Made by a program: the position numbers and the translations under genes. The notes below the pieces were generated by a model. It had not been told where the DNA came from and made no database searches. It saw nothing but the letters and a program-made list of their open reading frames with translations. From positions 334,233 through 398,232 of the forward strand of contig JAOAGL010000001.1 of NCBI GenBank assembly GCA_026415775.1: DNA of 64,000 bases, in the 5' to 3' direction. Position 1 is the stretch's first letter; every line of letters starts with the position of its first letter. The stretch is from Patescibacteria group bacterium. GTDB taxonomy: Bacteria > Patescibacteriota > Minisyncoccia > UBA6257 > JAAZHW01. Positions 53,092-62,934 of the stretch are shown one piece after another.

Positions 53092-54228
53092 ATGCAATCA
53101 CGCTCAACTATTACCATTACGTTTATTATTACTGTTGTCATAATAGTTCTTTCGGGACTGTTTATTCTAACCAGTGCCTCAATGATTTTGGGTCGAACTA
53201 ATTTTAATGACCCTTATTATTATTTAAAACAGCAGGTTTTAAAAGGGATTTCTTTGGGAATTATTGGTTTTGTTCTCGCATATAAAATCCCTTACACTAA
53301 ATATAAAAAATTTATTCCCTTGCTTTTTGTTGTTTCTATTATCGCCACCATCTTAGTTTTTACTCCGTTAGGTTTGGAATTCAACAATGCGAGACGTTGG
53401 TTAAAAATCGGCTCTTTTTCTTTTCAGCCTGCTGAATTATTAAAAATAAGTTTTATTTTATATTTGAGTTTGTGGCTTTCTAATAAAAATCAGAAAGAGA
53501 AAAATTCAATAAGTACAATTATAGCTTTTGTTTCGATGATAGGTGTTATTGGAGTAATATTAATTTCCCAACCAGCAACCAGCTCCTTTTTAATATTATT
53601 AGCTGCCAGCGCCATAATATTTTTTATCAGCGGAATTAAATTACGAAATATCATTTTACTAACAATGATCGGAATTTTATTGTTGGTTCTTGGTTTTATA
53701 ATTCTGAAAAAAATCAATCCCAATGATTATAGAATTCAAAGAATCAATCATTATTTATTAATGTTTCAATCTGAAGATGATTTAAACGATAAGGATTTAG
53801 ATAATAAAAATTATCAACTAAATCAATCACTTATGGCTATTGGTTCAGGAGGGTTGTGGGGTGTTGGCTTTGGAAATGCGGTAAGTAAATATAATAATTA
53901 TTTACCAGAACCGATTGGCGATTCAATTTTTGCAATTTTTGCACAAGAATTTGGTTTAATAGGAAGTTTCATTCTTATTTTATTTTATTTAACACTCTTT
54001 TTACTTGGTTTAAAGATTAGTTTAAATATCTCGGATGAATTCGCAAAATTAGCTTCGTTTGGAATTATATCTTTAATAATAATCCAAGCGTTTGTCCATA
54101 TTGGATCCATTTCCGGCCTTTTTGTTTTAACAGGACAACCACTTCCGTTAATAAGTTATGGTGGAACAAATCTAGCGATTATTTTGACATCTTTGGGAAT
54201 AGTTGCTAATATATCTAAAAATGGGTGA
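53092..54228 (+). CDS. ftsW: SEDS peptidoglycan glycosyltransferase FtsW
   Basis: ARRWL, QPAE..K, AIGSGG..G.G, LPEP..D.IFA, LPLISYGG; before murG. Confidence 0.93.
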   Translation: MQSRSTITITFIITVVIIVLSGLFILTSASMILGRTNFNDPYYYLKQQVLKGISLGIIGFVLAYKIPYTKYKKFIPLLFVVSIIATILVFTPLGLEFNNARRWLKIGSFSFQPAELLKISFILYLSLWLSNKNQKEKNSISTIIAFVSMIGVIGVILISQPATSSFLILLAASAIIFFISGIKLRNIILLTMIGILLLVLGFIILKKINPNDYRIQRINHYLLMFQSEDDLNDKDLDNKNYQLNQSLMAIGSGGLWGVGFGNAVSKYNNYLPEPIGDSIFAIFAQEFGLIGSFILILFYLTLFLLGLKISLNISDEFAKLASFGIISLIIIQAFVHIGSISGLFVLTGQPLPLISYGGTNLAIILTSLGIVANISKNG

Positions 54229-55420
54229 AAAACACAAAAATATGCCAAAGGAAATCAATTTGCGAGAATTAAAATTAAAAATTGCTTTAGCTGGCGGCGG
54301 AACCGGAGGTCATACCTATCCTTTAATTGCTGTTTATCGCCAATTAAAAAAATTTTGCGAAAGCCATTTAATTATTTTGGATGCTTTTTATATTGGCCCC
54401 AATTCTTTTAATGAAGAAGTTTTTACAAAAGAAGGAATAAGGATTGTAAAAATTACCAGTGGCAAATGGCGAAATTATTTTTCACCATTAAATTTTATTG
54501 ATGTTTTTAAATTAGTGTTTGGAACTTTTCAGGCCTTTTTTAAATTATGGAAACGAATGCCGGATATAATTTTTAGTAAAGGAGGATATGGTGCTCTTCC
54601 GACTGTTATTGCTGGTTATTTACTAGGAATTCCCATAGTTATTCATGAATCAGATGCCGCGCCTGGCAAAAGCAATAAAATAGCAGCTATTTTTGCAAAG
54701 AAAATAGCTTTGGCGTTTGAAACAACAAAGAGATATTTCTTACCCGAAAAAACCGTTGTGGTTGGCAATCCAATTCGAGATTCAATACTTCATAATAACA
54801 TTTCTCAGGAAGACGGAAAAAAATATTTTGGTTTTTTGCCAGACAAACCTTTAGTTGTTTTTCTTGGCGGATCACAAGGCAGCCAAAGGATTAACGATTT
54901 AGTTTTAGACTGCATTGAAAATTTATTAAAAAATGATATTCAAATTCTTCATCAGGCTGGCCCGAAAAACTATAAAGAGATATTTCTTGAATCAAAATTA
55001 ATCCTGGATTTTTTACCGGATCCTTATCCTAAATTTTATCAAGTTCGAGATTTTCTTAATGAAAAAGATTACTTATATGCTTTAGCGGGTGCTGATTTAA
55101 TAGTTTCTCGAGCTGGTAGTGGAGCGGTTTTTGAAATTGCCGCTGCCAAAAAACCTTCAATTCTAATCCCACTACCAGAAGCAGCGCACAATCATCAATA
55201 TCTTAATGCTATTGAATACGCTCGTTATAACGCAACAATAATGTTAGAAGAAAAAAATGCAACCCCTAATTTATTAATAAAACACATTCTAGATATTCTA
55301 AAGAATAATCCGAATCAAAAAGCATTAATGATAAATGGCGCCAAACTTTTTATTAAAAAAGATGCCACCGAAGAAATTACTAAAATCATTTTTGAAACAT
55401 TACAAATATATTTTGAATAA
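54221..55420 (+). CDS. murG: lipid II N-acetylglucosaminyltransferase MurG
   Basis: GGGTGGH, HESD..PG, GNPIR, GGSQG, SRAG, HQ..NA; start uncertain (54221 or 54242). Confidence 0.96.
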   Translation: MGEKHKNMPKEINLRELKLKIALAGGGTGGHTYPLIAVYRQLKKFCESHLIILDAFYIGPNSFNEEVFTKEGIRIVKITSGKWRNYFSPLNFIDVFKLVFGTFQAFFKLWKRMPDIIFSKGGYGALPTVIAGYLLGIPIVIHESDAAPGKSNKIAAIFAKKIALAFETTKRYFLPEKTVVVGNPIRDSILHNNISQEDGKKYFGFLPDKPLVVFLGGSQGSQRINDLVLDCIENLLKNDIQILHQAGPKNYKEIFLESKLILDFLPDPYPKFYQVRDFLNEKDYLYALAGADLIVSRAGSGAVFEIAAAKKPSILIPLPEAAHNHQYLNAIEYARYNATIMLEEKNATPNLLIKHILDILKNNPNQKALMINGAKLFIKKDATEEITKIIFETLQIYFE

Positions 55421-55422
55421 AT

Positions 55423-56919
55423 ATGGTTCCAGCAAAACAAAAGATAATTAAAAATCCTCGTGTTCGTATTGCTCCTTCGCCAACTGGCTATTTTCATATC
55501 GGGACTGCCCGCACAGCTTTATTCAATTTTCTTTTTGCCAAAAAATATGAAGGAAAGTTTATTTTAAGAATTGAGGATACCGATGTAGAACGTTCGAAAC
55601 CAGAATTTGAAAGGGATATTATCGAAGGCATGAAATGGTTAGGATTGTTATGGGATGAAGGGGTTGAAATAGGTGGGGAGTATGGTCCTTATCGCCAAAG
55701 TGAAAAAAAAGAAATATATGAGAAATATCTAAAAGAATTAATTGATAAAGGCGCAGCATATTATTGTTTTTGTTCAGCCGAAGAGTTGGAAGTTAAACGC
55801 CAAGAAATGATGAGTAGGGGAGTTGCGCCTATCTATGATGGGACCTGCCGTAATTTATCAAAAAAAGAGATTGAAGAGAAACTAAAAAACAAAACCCCTT
55901 TTGTTATTCGTTTGAAAATACCCGAAAAAGAAATAATATTTAATGACTTAATTCGTGGCAAAGTTAAATTTGATACAAAATTAATAGGGGACTTTATTAT
56001 TGCCAAAAACTTTCAAAACCCTCTTTATAATTTCAGCGTAGTAGTTGATGATTATGAAATGAAAATTTCTCATGTTATTCGAGGCGAAGAACATTTATCA
56101 AATACACCAAAACAACTGGCTATTTATGAAGCCCTGGGTTGGTCAGTCCCGGAATTTGCCCATCTCCCCCTCATTTTAAATCCCGACAGAAGCAAAATGT
56201 CCAAAAGATTTGGCGATGTTGCCTTAAAAGATTTTCGTAAAAAAGGATATCTACCCCAGGCTATTCTTAACTTTTTACTTTATCTAGGTTGGCACCCTAA
56301 AGAAGAAGTTGGAAAGCCAATCAATGAAATTCTTGATTTAGAAGAAATGATAGAACAATTTGATTTTTTCCGCATTCAAAAAGCTGGCGCTATTTTTAAT
56401 ATCGAAAAATTAAATTGGATTAATACCGAACATATTAAAAAACTATCGCTTGATGAACTAACACTTCAAGTTATGCCGTTTTTAAAAGAGAAATTTGGCG
56501 AATCTCTTCTAACAAATATGGAATTGATTAAAAAAGTAGTGGATTTACATCGTCAAAGAATAAAAACATTAAATGAATTACCTGAAATTGCATCATATTT
56601 TTTTGTTTTGCCTGATTATAATGCCGATTTACTTTATTGGCAAAATATGGAAAAAAGCCAATTAATGGATAATCTTGACTATTTATATAATTTATTTTCT
56701 AATTTAGAACCTAAACTTTTTACAAAACAACAATTAGAAACCTTGATTATGCCAGAAGCGGAAAAAAGAGGTAGGGGAACAATTTTATGGCCTTTAAGAG
56801 TGGCACTTAGCGGACTCAAAAATTCTGCGGGTCCTTTTGAAATTGCCGAAATTTTAGGAAAAACTGAAACATTAAGACGTTTAAATCTTGCTCGAGAAAA
56901 AGTAAAAAATCAAAATTAA
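55423..56919 (+). CDS. gltX: glutamate--tRNA ligase
   Basis: RIAPSPTG..HIG, LRIEDTD, HVIRGEEH, KMSKR. Confidence 0.98.
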   Translation: MVPAKQKIIKNPRVRIAPSPTGYFHIGTARTALFNFLFAKKYEGKFILRIEDTDVERSKPEFERDIIEGMKWLGLLWDEGVEIGGEYGPYRQSEKKEIYEKYLKELIDKGAAYYCFCSAEELEVKRQEMMSRGVAPIYDGTCRNLSKKEIEEKLKNKTPFVIRLKIPEKEIIFNDLIRGKVKFDTKLIGDFIIAKNFQNPLYNFSVVVDDYEMKISHVIRGEEHLSNTPKQLAIYEALGWSVPEFAHLPLILNPDRSKMSKRFGDVALKDFRKKGYLPQAILNFLLYLGWHPKEEVGKPINEILDLEEMIEQFDFFRIQKAGAIFNIEKLNWINTEHIKKLSLDELTLQVMPFLKEKFGESLLTNMELIKKVVDLHRQRIKTLNELPEIASYFFVLPDYNADLLYWQNMEKSQLMDNLDYLYNLFSNLEPKLFTKQQLETLIMPEAEKRGRGTILWPLRVALSGLKNSAGPFEIAEILGKTETLRRLNLAREKVKNQN

Positions 56920-58191
56920 ATGCGTACATTCGCTAAGAATATCTTTAAAATATTTTTAATTTTTTGTCTTGTTTTGGTTTTGGGTTTAAATAATATTTCG
57001 GCTGTTACTTATCAAGAACTCCAAAAACAAATCGATGCTAAAAAGGCGGAGATTAATCAGTTAATTCAACAGGCTGAAATTTATAATGCCGAACTTGAAA
57101 AAACACAAGCTACTTCTAAAACACTCAGCAACGAACTTAAAAGAATTCAAAATAATTTAAATAATATTAATTACAAAATCAAAATAAACGAAGTTCAAAT
57201 TGAAAAACTAACGCTTGAACTAGAACAATTAGAAATGGATATCGGCAATACAAGCGAGGAAATCAACATCAAAAAGGTTATTCTTGCAAAAACACTGCAA
57301 AATCTCTACGAAAAAAATAAAGAATTGGACCCCCTTATTATTGTTTTAAAAAATATGAAAATTTCTGATGCGCTTTCTGAAATTAACAATATTCAAAATA
57401 TAAGCATTAATTTGCAAATAACATTAGATGAATTGGAGGGTTTAAAAGAAAATTTAACAAATAAACAGACGGATACAGCTCGCAAAAAACAAGAATTAGA
57501 ACAAACAAGAATCAATTTGAATAATCAAAAAAGAATAGTTTTGGCTTTGCAAGATGAAAAAACTACCTTATTAAATAAAACTAAAAATCAAGAAAAAAAC
57601 TATCAAACCCTCTTGGAAAATATTGAAAAACAAAGATCGGAAATTGAGTTAGAAATATCTCGCTTAGAAGAAGCATTAAAAGCCCAGATTGATCCATCAT
57701 TGCTACCATCAGCACGCGCTGGTTTGCTTTTGTGGCCGGTTAGCAATCCTGTTATTACTCAAGGCTTTGGGGTTACAAGCGCTTCCAAATATTTCTATAA
57801 TATAGGACGATACAAAACACCCACTCATAATGGAATTGATTTAAAAGCCAGCCTTGGCACGCCAATTTATGCAGCAGAAGATGGGGAAGTAATAGCGGTT
57901 GGTAATCAAGATTTATATTGCTACAAAGGAGCATATGGTAAGTATGTGGTTATAAGACATTATAATAATTTGACGACCTTATATGCCCATTTATCGTTGC
58001 AAACAGTTAAAAAAGGCGATATAGTTAAAAGAGGAGATATCATAGGATACAGCGGGAGTTCCGGCTTTGCCACCGGCCCACACTTACATTTTACTGTTTA
58101 TTTTTCTCCAACATTTCAAATGACCGGAAGTGCTTCGTGTGGTCCAATGCCCATTGGCGCTCCGGTTAATCCGCTTCCGTATCTCCAGTAA
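56920..58191 (+). CDS. coiled-coil M23 family murein hydrolase/activator
   Basis: Signal peptide, long coiled coil, HNGID, YAHLS, TGPHLHF. Confidence 0.93.
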   Translation: MRTFAKNIFKIFLIFCLVLVLGLNNISAVTYQELQKQIDAKKAEINQLIQQAEIYNAELEKTQATSKTLSNELKRIQNNLNNINYKIKINEVQIEKLTLELEQLEMDIGNTSEEINIKKVILAKTLQNLYEKNKELDPLIIVLKNMKISDALSEINNIQNISINLQITLDELEGLKENLTNKQTDTARKKQELEQTRINLNNQKRIVLALQDEKTTLLNKTKNQEKNYQTLLENIEKQRSEIELEISRLEEALKAQIDPSLLPSARAGLLLWPVSNPVITQGFGVTSASKYFYNIGRYKTPTHNGIDLKASLGTPIYAAEDGEVIAVGNQDLYCYKGAYGKYVVIRHYNNLTTLYAHLSLQTVKKGDIVKRGDIIGYSGSSGFATGPHLHFTVYFSPTFQMTGSASCGPMPIGAPVNPLPYLQ

Positions 58192-58225
58192 TTAAAAATT
58201 GTGCGACATATATTAAATTTAAATT

Positions 58226-58675
58226 ATGCTCGGCAATCATAAATCTCCAATTCTCATTTATTTCATTGTCTTTGTAATTTTTTTCTTAATTGCCAACAAT
58301 GAAGCGCATTCGCAAAACGCTACAAACATCCAGACAACCATAAGGAATTCCTGGTATAATTTATTACCGAATTTTATAAAAAATTTTATTCATAATATAA
58401 CTAATTTCACTGAAGAAAAATTAAATCCATCCATACAAAATGAAGTTGGAGACATAGTAAATAATCCCACCAATCAATCTGCTCAACAAACATTTTTTAA
58501 TAAAATAAAAAACCGATTATCAAGCTTATCCAAGGAAATTAATAATTTTTTTAAAGTAGATATTGGTAGCGCTTTTAAAAAAATAATGAATTTATTTATT
58601 TATGGATTTAATAAAGGAGTGGAGTTTATAAGAAATCTATTTTCTTGCCAATATTTCTTCAACTATAATTGTTAG
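58226..58675 (+). CDS. hypothetical exported/membrane protein
   Basis: N-terminal hydrophobic segment and amphipathic helices; no family recognised. Confidence 0.55.
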   Translation: MLGNHKSPILIYFIVFVIFFLIANNEAHSQNATNIQTTIRNSWYNLLPNFIKNFIHNITNFTEEKLNPSIQNEVGDIVNNPTNQSAQQTFFNKIKNRLSSLSKEINNFFKVDIGSAFKKIMNLFIYGFNKGVEFIRNLFSCQYFFNYNC

Positions 58676-58882
58676 TTAAGTAGTAAATAGTAAAGAAAAA
58701 GTCATAAATAATGAGAGGGATTTCTTTAAAAATCCTTAAACACGTCGCAAAATCTACCTTGTGCGACGTGTTTGATTTTTCTAAAAAACAATAAAAATCC
58801 CGCCATATATCTTTCCTACCGATCTCCTAGGCTATTATTTTTATCTTTATAATTTTATTTTTCTTTTTATAATTAATTAAAT

Positions 58883-60058
58883 ATGCGTACTTCCTATTCT
58901 AATTTAGAAATATTTGAAAATTGTCCAAAACGTTATGAATTTCAAGTAATTGAAAAAATTAAAACCCCTCAAAGCAAGGAGCAATTTTTAGGTACCATTT
59001 TACATAAATGCCTAGCTTTTCTTTACAAAAGGGCCCCTCTATTTCCCCACCTCGATGAATTGCTTGATTATTTTAAAACGCAATGGAAGGAGGCAGAAAA
59101 ATTTAAATGGCGTGATAACTATGAAAAAGAGGCCTACTTTAAAGAAGGTTTAAGAGTTTTAGAAAATTTTTACAAAAAAAATATCCCCTCTTTTGCTATT
59201 CCAATGGACTTGGAAAGTTATTTTGAAACCGAAATTGAAGATGAAGCAAATAATACCATCCACATTTTAACGGGTCGTATTGATCGCATCGATAAAAAAG
59301 AAGATGAAACATTTGAGATTATTGATTATAAAACAAATAAAAAAATGCCAGCCGAAGCAAATTTAAAAAATAATTTACAGCTAGCAGTTTATATTTTGGG
59401 TTTTTTAAAAAAATGGCCAAATTTAACCTCAATCGACAAAATTAACCTCACCCTCTATTATTTAAAACACGGCGAAAAACTTACAGGCAAAAAAAATGAA
59501 GAAGATATTTTACTAACCAAAAAGCGCGTTCTCAAAAATATTCATGAAATTGAAAAAAACTACTTCCCCCCTATTCCTTCTAAATTATGTCATTCCTGTC
59601 CCTATCGAAAGATTTGTCCGATGTGGTCACATTTATATCAAAAAGAAAAGACACCCGAAGAGACAGAAATAAAAAAATTAATTACTGAATATTTTAAATT
59701 AAAAGAAGAGGTTGATAATAATAAAGCTAAGTTAGAAGAAATTAAAAAACAGATTAATCATTATGCTCAAGAAAAAAATTTAGAAAGAATTTTCGGCGAT
59801 GAAGGCTTCTTTTCTTATCAAATACAACAAATTAAAGAATATGATAACGAACAATTAAAAAACCTTTTGATTAAAACAGGTTTATGGACAGAAGTTTCTA
59901 TGCTAGACAAGAAAAAGTTGGAGAAATTGCTAAAAAAAATAGATTCTTCCCTACTTCAACAAATTGAACAATTACAAAAAATAAAAAATCGCAAAATTTT
60001 GAAAGCTATTAAGAAAGACATTGAAATAATAAAAAGCACGCTTAATGAAGAAGAATAA
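58883..60058 (+). CDS. RecB/AddB/Cas4-like PD-(D/E)XK nuclease with Fe-S cysteines
   Basis: SYS....F..CP, G..LH, E..F, GRIDRID, IIDYKT, QL..Y, C..CPY..ICP. Confidence 0.92.
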   Translation: MRTSYSNLEIFENCPKRYEFQVIEKIKTPQSKEQFLGTILHKCLAFLYKRAPLFPHLDELLDYFKTQWKEAEKFKWRDNYEKEAYFKEGLRVLENFYKKNIPSFAIPMDLESYFETEIEDEANNTIHILTGRIDRIDKKEDETFEIIDYKTNKKMPAEANLKNNLQLAVYILGFLKKWPNLTSIDKINLTLYYLKHGEKLTGKKNEEDILLTKKRVLKNIHEIEKNYFPPIPSKLCHSCPYRKICPMWSHLYQKEKTPEETEIKKLITEYFKLKEEVDNNKAKLEEIKKQINHYAQEKNLERIFGDEGFFSYQIQQIKEYDNEQLKNLLIKTGLWTEVSMLDKKKLEKLLKKIDSSLLQQIEQLQKIKNRKILKAIKKDIEIIKSTLNEEE

Positions 60059-60061
60059 AAT

Positions 60062-60217
60062 TTATTCTGAGCACTTTTCAATAATAATCGGAGTTTTTTG
60101 AACAAAATTTATTGCAAATAAATAGCCCAGAGCAAAACTAATTGTGACGATTAGAAAAATGAAAATCGCTATAATAAACACTCTTTTATTATTTGAAAAA
60201 AATTCTCTAAGTTGCAT
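60062..60217 (-). CDS. 51-aa single-pass membrane protein, not in the ORF track
   Basis: MQLREFFSNNKRVFIIAIFIFLIVTISFALGYLFAINFVQKTPIIIEKCSE; fills the gap and stops 3 nt from the convergent nuclease gene. Confidence 0.7.
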   Translation of the reverse strand: MQLREFFSNNKRVFIIAIFIFLIVTISFALGYLFAINFVQKTPIIIEKCSE

Positions 60218-60297
60218 TTTTTTAAAAAATATGTAAAATATTCTTTTGAAATTGAAAGTCGGTTATGTTATTTTAATTTTTATTATATCAAAAATTT

Positions 60298-60570
60298 ATG
60301 GCCCATACAAAATCCGGTGGCTCAACAAGATTAGGAAGAGATTCCGAGGCAAAACGCTTAGGGGTTAAATTATTTGATGGTCAAAAAGCAAAAAAAGGTG
60401 CTATTATTGTTCGTCAAAGAGGAGAAACTATTAAAGCAGGTAAAAACGTTGCCGTTGGCAAAGATTACACTCTTTATGCATTAAAAGATGGAGTTGTTAA
60501 ATTTTCTGAGAAGCAAAAAAGCAATTTTGATGGCTCAAAAAAACGCATCAAAATTGTTTCAGTTATTTAG
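60298..60570 (+). CDS. rpmA: 50S ribosomal protein L27
   Basis: MAHTK.GGST..GRDS..KRLGVK, IIVRQRG. Confidence 0.99.
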   Translation: MAHTKSGGSTRLGRDSEAKRLGVKLFDGQKAKKGAIIVRQRGETIKAGKNVAVGKDYTLYALKDGVVKFSEKQKSNFDGSKKRIKIVSVI

Positions 60571-61013
60571 TTTACTCCCATTATTTTAATTTTTAATTCA
60601 GTCTCGATTTTGGGACTGAATTTTATTTTTATTAAATAATCCCCCACTTCTTTTAAGGGTTTATCTAGAATAATTTGTTTTTCTTCTATTTCAATTCCCC
60701 GTTTTTTTAATTCTTCAATAATTTTATCTTTATGTAAAGAGCCAAACAGTTTGCCGTTTTTATCCGCTTTTATTTGAAATTGTAATTGCTCATCTCTTAT
60801 TGTTTTTGCTAATTCTTTAAATTTCTGTTCCTGTTGTTGTTTAAATAAATCCTCCTGTTTTTTTAAAATTTCTATTTCTTTAATTTTTTCTGGCGTGGCA
60901 ATTACGGCTAAATTTTTTGGTATCAAAAAATTTCGCGCGTAACCATCAGCTACTTCCTTAATTTCATTTTTTTTGCCCAACTTAGGGACATCAACCAATA
61001 AAACAACTTTCAT
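60567..61013 (-). CDS. rplI: 50S ribosomal protein L9
   Basis: MKV.L..DV..LG....[16 protein letters not shown]. Confidence 0.98.
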   Translation of the reverse strand: MKVVLLVDVPKLGKKNEIKEVADGYARNFLIPKNLAVIATPEKIKEIEILKKQEDLFKQQQEQKFKELAKTIRDEQLQFQIKADKNGKLFGSLHKDKIIEELKKRGIEIEEKQIILDKPLKEVGDYLIKIKFSPKIETELKIKIMGVN

Positions 61014-61014
61014 A

Positions 61015-62292
61015 TTATTTATTTATAAGTTGTTTTATAATTTCCGTTGCTTTTTCTAATTGTGAATCTTTTGCATTTGTCTGCAAATCGCCTTCATTAA
61101 CTTTTACCTCATAATCTGGCTCTAACCCCTTTTCGTTAATTTGATGACCATCGGGCGTCAACCATTCAGCAATGGTAACTTTTATCATTGAATTATCCAT
61201 CAAAGGCAGAAGTGTTTGAACAGAACCCTTGCCAAAAGTTTTTGCTCCTATTAATTTAATACCTCGTAAATCTCTTAATGCGCCAGCTAAAATTTCCGAA
61301 GCAGACGCAGATCCTTCATTTACTAACACCGCAACAGGCATATAAAGAAACATCTGGTTTCCGTTAGCTTTAAAAACTTGCTCTCTGCCATCTTTTTCTC
61401 TTTCGCGAACCACAACCTCTCCCCTTTTCACAAACCACCCAGCTATTTCCACTGATTTTTCCAAATAACCACCGGGGTTGTTCCTTAAATCTAGAATGAT
61501 GCCGGGCGAATTTTTCATAATCATTTGCATTGCAGCTCGATAAAATTCATAAGAAATGTTTTCATTAAAACTTAATAATTTCACATGAGCAATATTATTT
61601 TCCAAAAAATCGATTTTTACGGCTGGTACATTTATAATATCCCTGATAATGGTAAAATCTTTTGGCTGATCAAATCCGTCGCGCATAATTTTTAATTTTA
61701 CCGGTGTTCCTTTTTCACCACGAATTTTCTTCACTGCTTCATCAACACTCAAACTATCCGTTGGCTCATCATTAATTGCTAAAATTTTATCCCCTGCTTT
61801 TAATCCAGATTTCCAAGCCGGCGTATCTTCCAGTGGCGAAATAACCATTAAGAAATTATCTCTCTTTCCAATTTCAATTCCAATACCACTGAAGCTACCA
61901 CTGACATCTTCGGTGAATTTTTTAGCATCATCGGGTTTAAAAAATGTGGTATATGGATCGCCCAATGAATCCACCATTCCTTTAATCGCTCCATACACCA
62001 TTTCCTGGTAATTTAAATCATTTTGTTTAAGAAAATATTCTTGAATATAATGCCAAGCATCCCAAAACAAAGAAAAATCAACATTTTCTGGTTTATTTAA
62101 ATCAACATTTTTTAAACCTTCAATGGGCGTAAATAAAACTTGATTTTTTTGACCAATGCGTAAACCAGCAATAAAAGCACCACAAATTAAAATACTAATG
62201 ACGGCGGCCAAGAAGGCTTTTTTTAATGATTTTTTATTTTTTTCTTTTTGTTGTTGATAGAATTTTTTTATTGTATCAATAATTTTTAGCAT
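61015..62292 (-). CDS. ctpA: S41 carboxyl-terminal processing protease
   Basis: [36 protein letters not shown]. Confidence 0.96.
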   Translation of the reverse strand: MLKIIDTIKKFYQQQKEKNKKSLKKAFLAAVISILICGAFIAGLRIGQKNQVLFTPIEGLKNVDLNKPENVDFSLFWDAWHYIQEYFLKQNDLNYQEMVYGAIKGMVDSLGDPYTTFFKPDDAKKFTEDVSGSFSGIGIEIGKRDNFLMVISPLEDTPAWKSGLKAGDKILAINDEPTDSLSVDEAVKKIRGEKGTPVKLKIMRDGFDQPKDFTIIRDIINVPAVKIDFLENNIAHVKLLSFNENISYEFYRAAMQMIMKNSPGIILDLRNNPGGYLEKSVEIAGWFVKRGEVVVREREKDGREQVFKANGNQMFLYMPVAVLVNEGSASASEILAGALRDLRGIKLIGAKTFGKGSVQTLLPLMDNSMIKVTIAEWLTPDGHQINEKGLEPDYEVKVNEGDLQTNAKDSQLEKATEIIKQLINK

Positions 62293-62331
62293 GATTTTTT
62301 TATTATAAAATTTTTCTACAATTTTTCAAAT

Positions 62332-62874
62332 TTATTTAAGCAAAAATCTTTTTAAAGGAACATAAACAGCGTGTGGTTTTTGTAAACGACTTTCCATTAG
62401 AAATATTTCATTAGTTTTAAAATGCAAAGGAAATTTAACATTTTTGAATTCTAAATGAGTTGGTTCAAATCGTGCTAAAGTAATATGTGGCTTCATTTCC
62501 CTATTTTCTTTTTGAAAATTAATCCCTGAATTACTTAATAATCTTTCAAGTTTTTGTTTAACATTTTCTAATATTTCATTTTTTTCAAAATTTAACCAAA
62601 TCATTCTGGCATAATTATTATTTGGCGCAACAGAAATATGGGTAGCATATAAATCAAGAGGAGGTGTTTGATTAAAAATTTCATCACCAATTTTTAGAAT
62701 TTGCGGCACATCTTCCATTAAAATATTACCTAAAAACAAAACGGTTAAATGAAGATTATCTTTAGGGGTGTACTTTACGTTAATGGGCAATGCAATTTCT
62801 TTTAATTTTCTTTCTATTTTATCTTTTAATGAATCAGGCAAATTAATAGCAAAAAATAATCTCAGAGTTTCCAT
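62332..62874 (-). CDS. thpR: RNA 2',3'-cyclic phosphodiesterase (2H family)
   Basis: RLFFAI, HLTV.FLG and PHITLAR motifs. Confidence 0.95.
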   Translation of the reverse strand: METLRLFFAINLPDSLKDKIERKLKEIALPINVKYTPKDNLHLTVLFLGNILMEDVPQILKIGDEIFNQTPPLDLYATHISVAPNNNYARMIWLNFEKNEILENVKQKLERLLSNSGINFQKENREMKPHITLARFEPTHLEFKNVKFPLHFKTNEIFLMESRLQKPHAVYVPLKRFLLK

Positions 62875-62934
62875 ATTATACTATTTTAATTTTATTTTTC
62901 TTTTTTGTCCATTTTTCATTATAATAAATTATGT

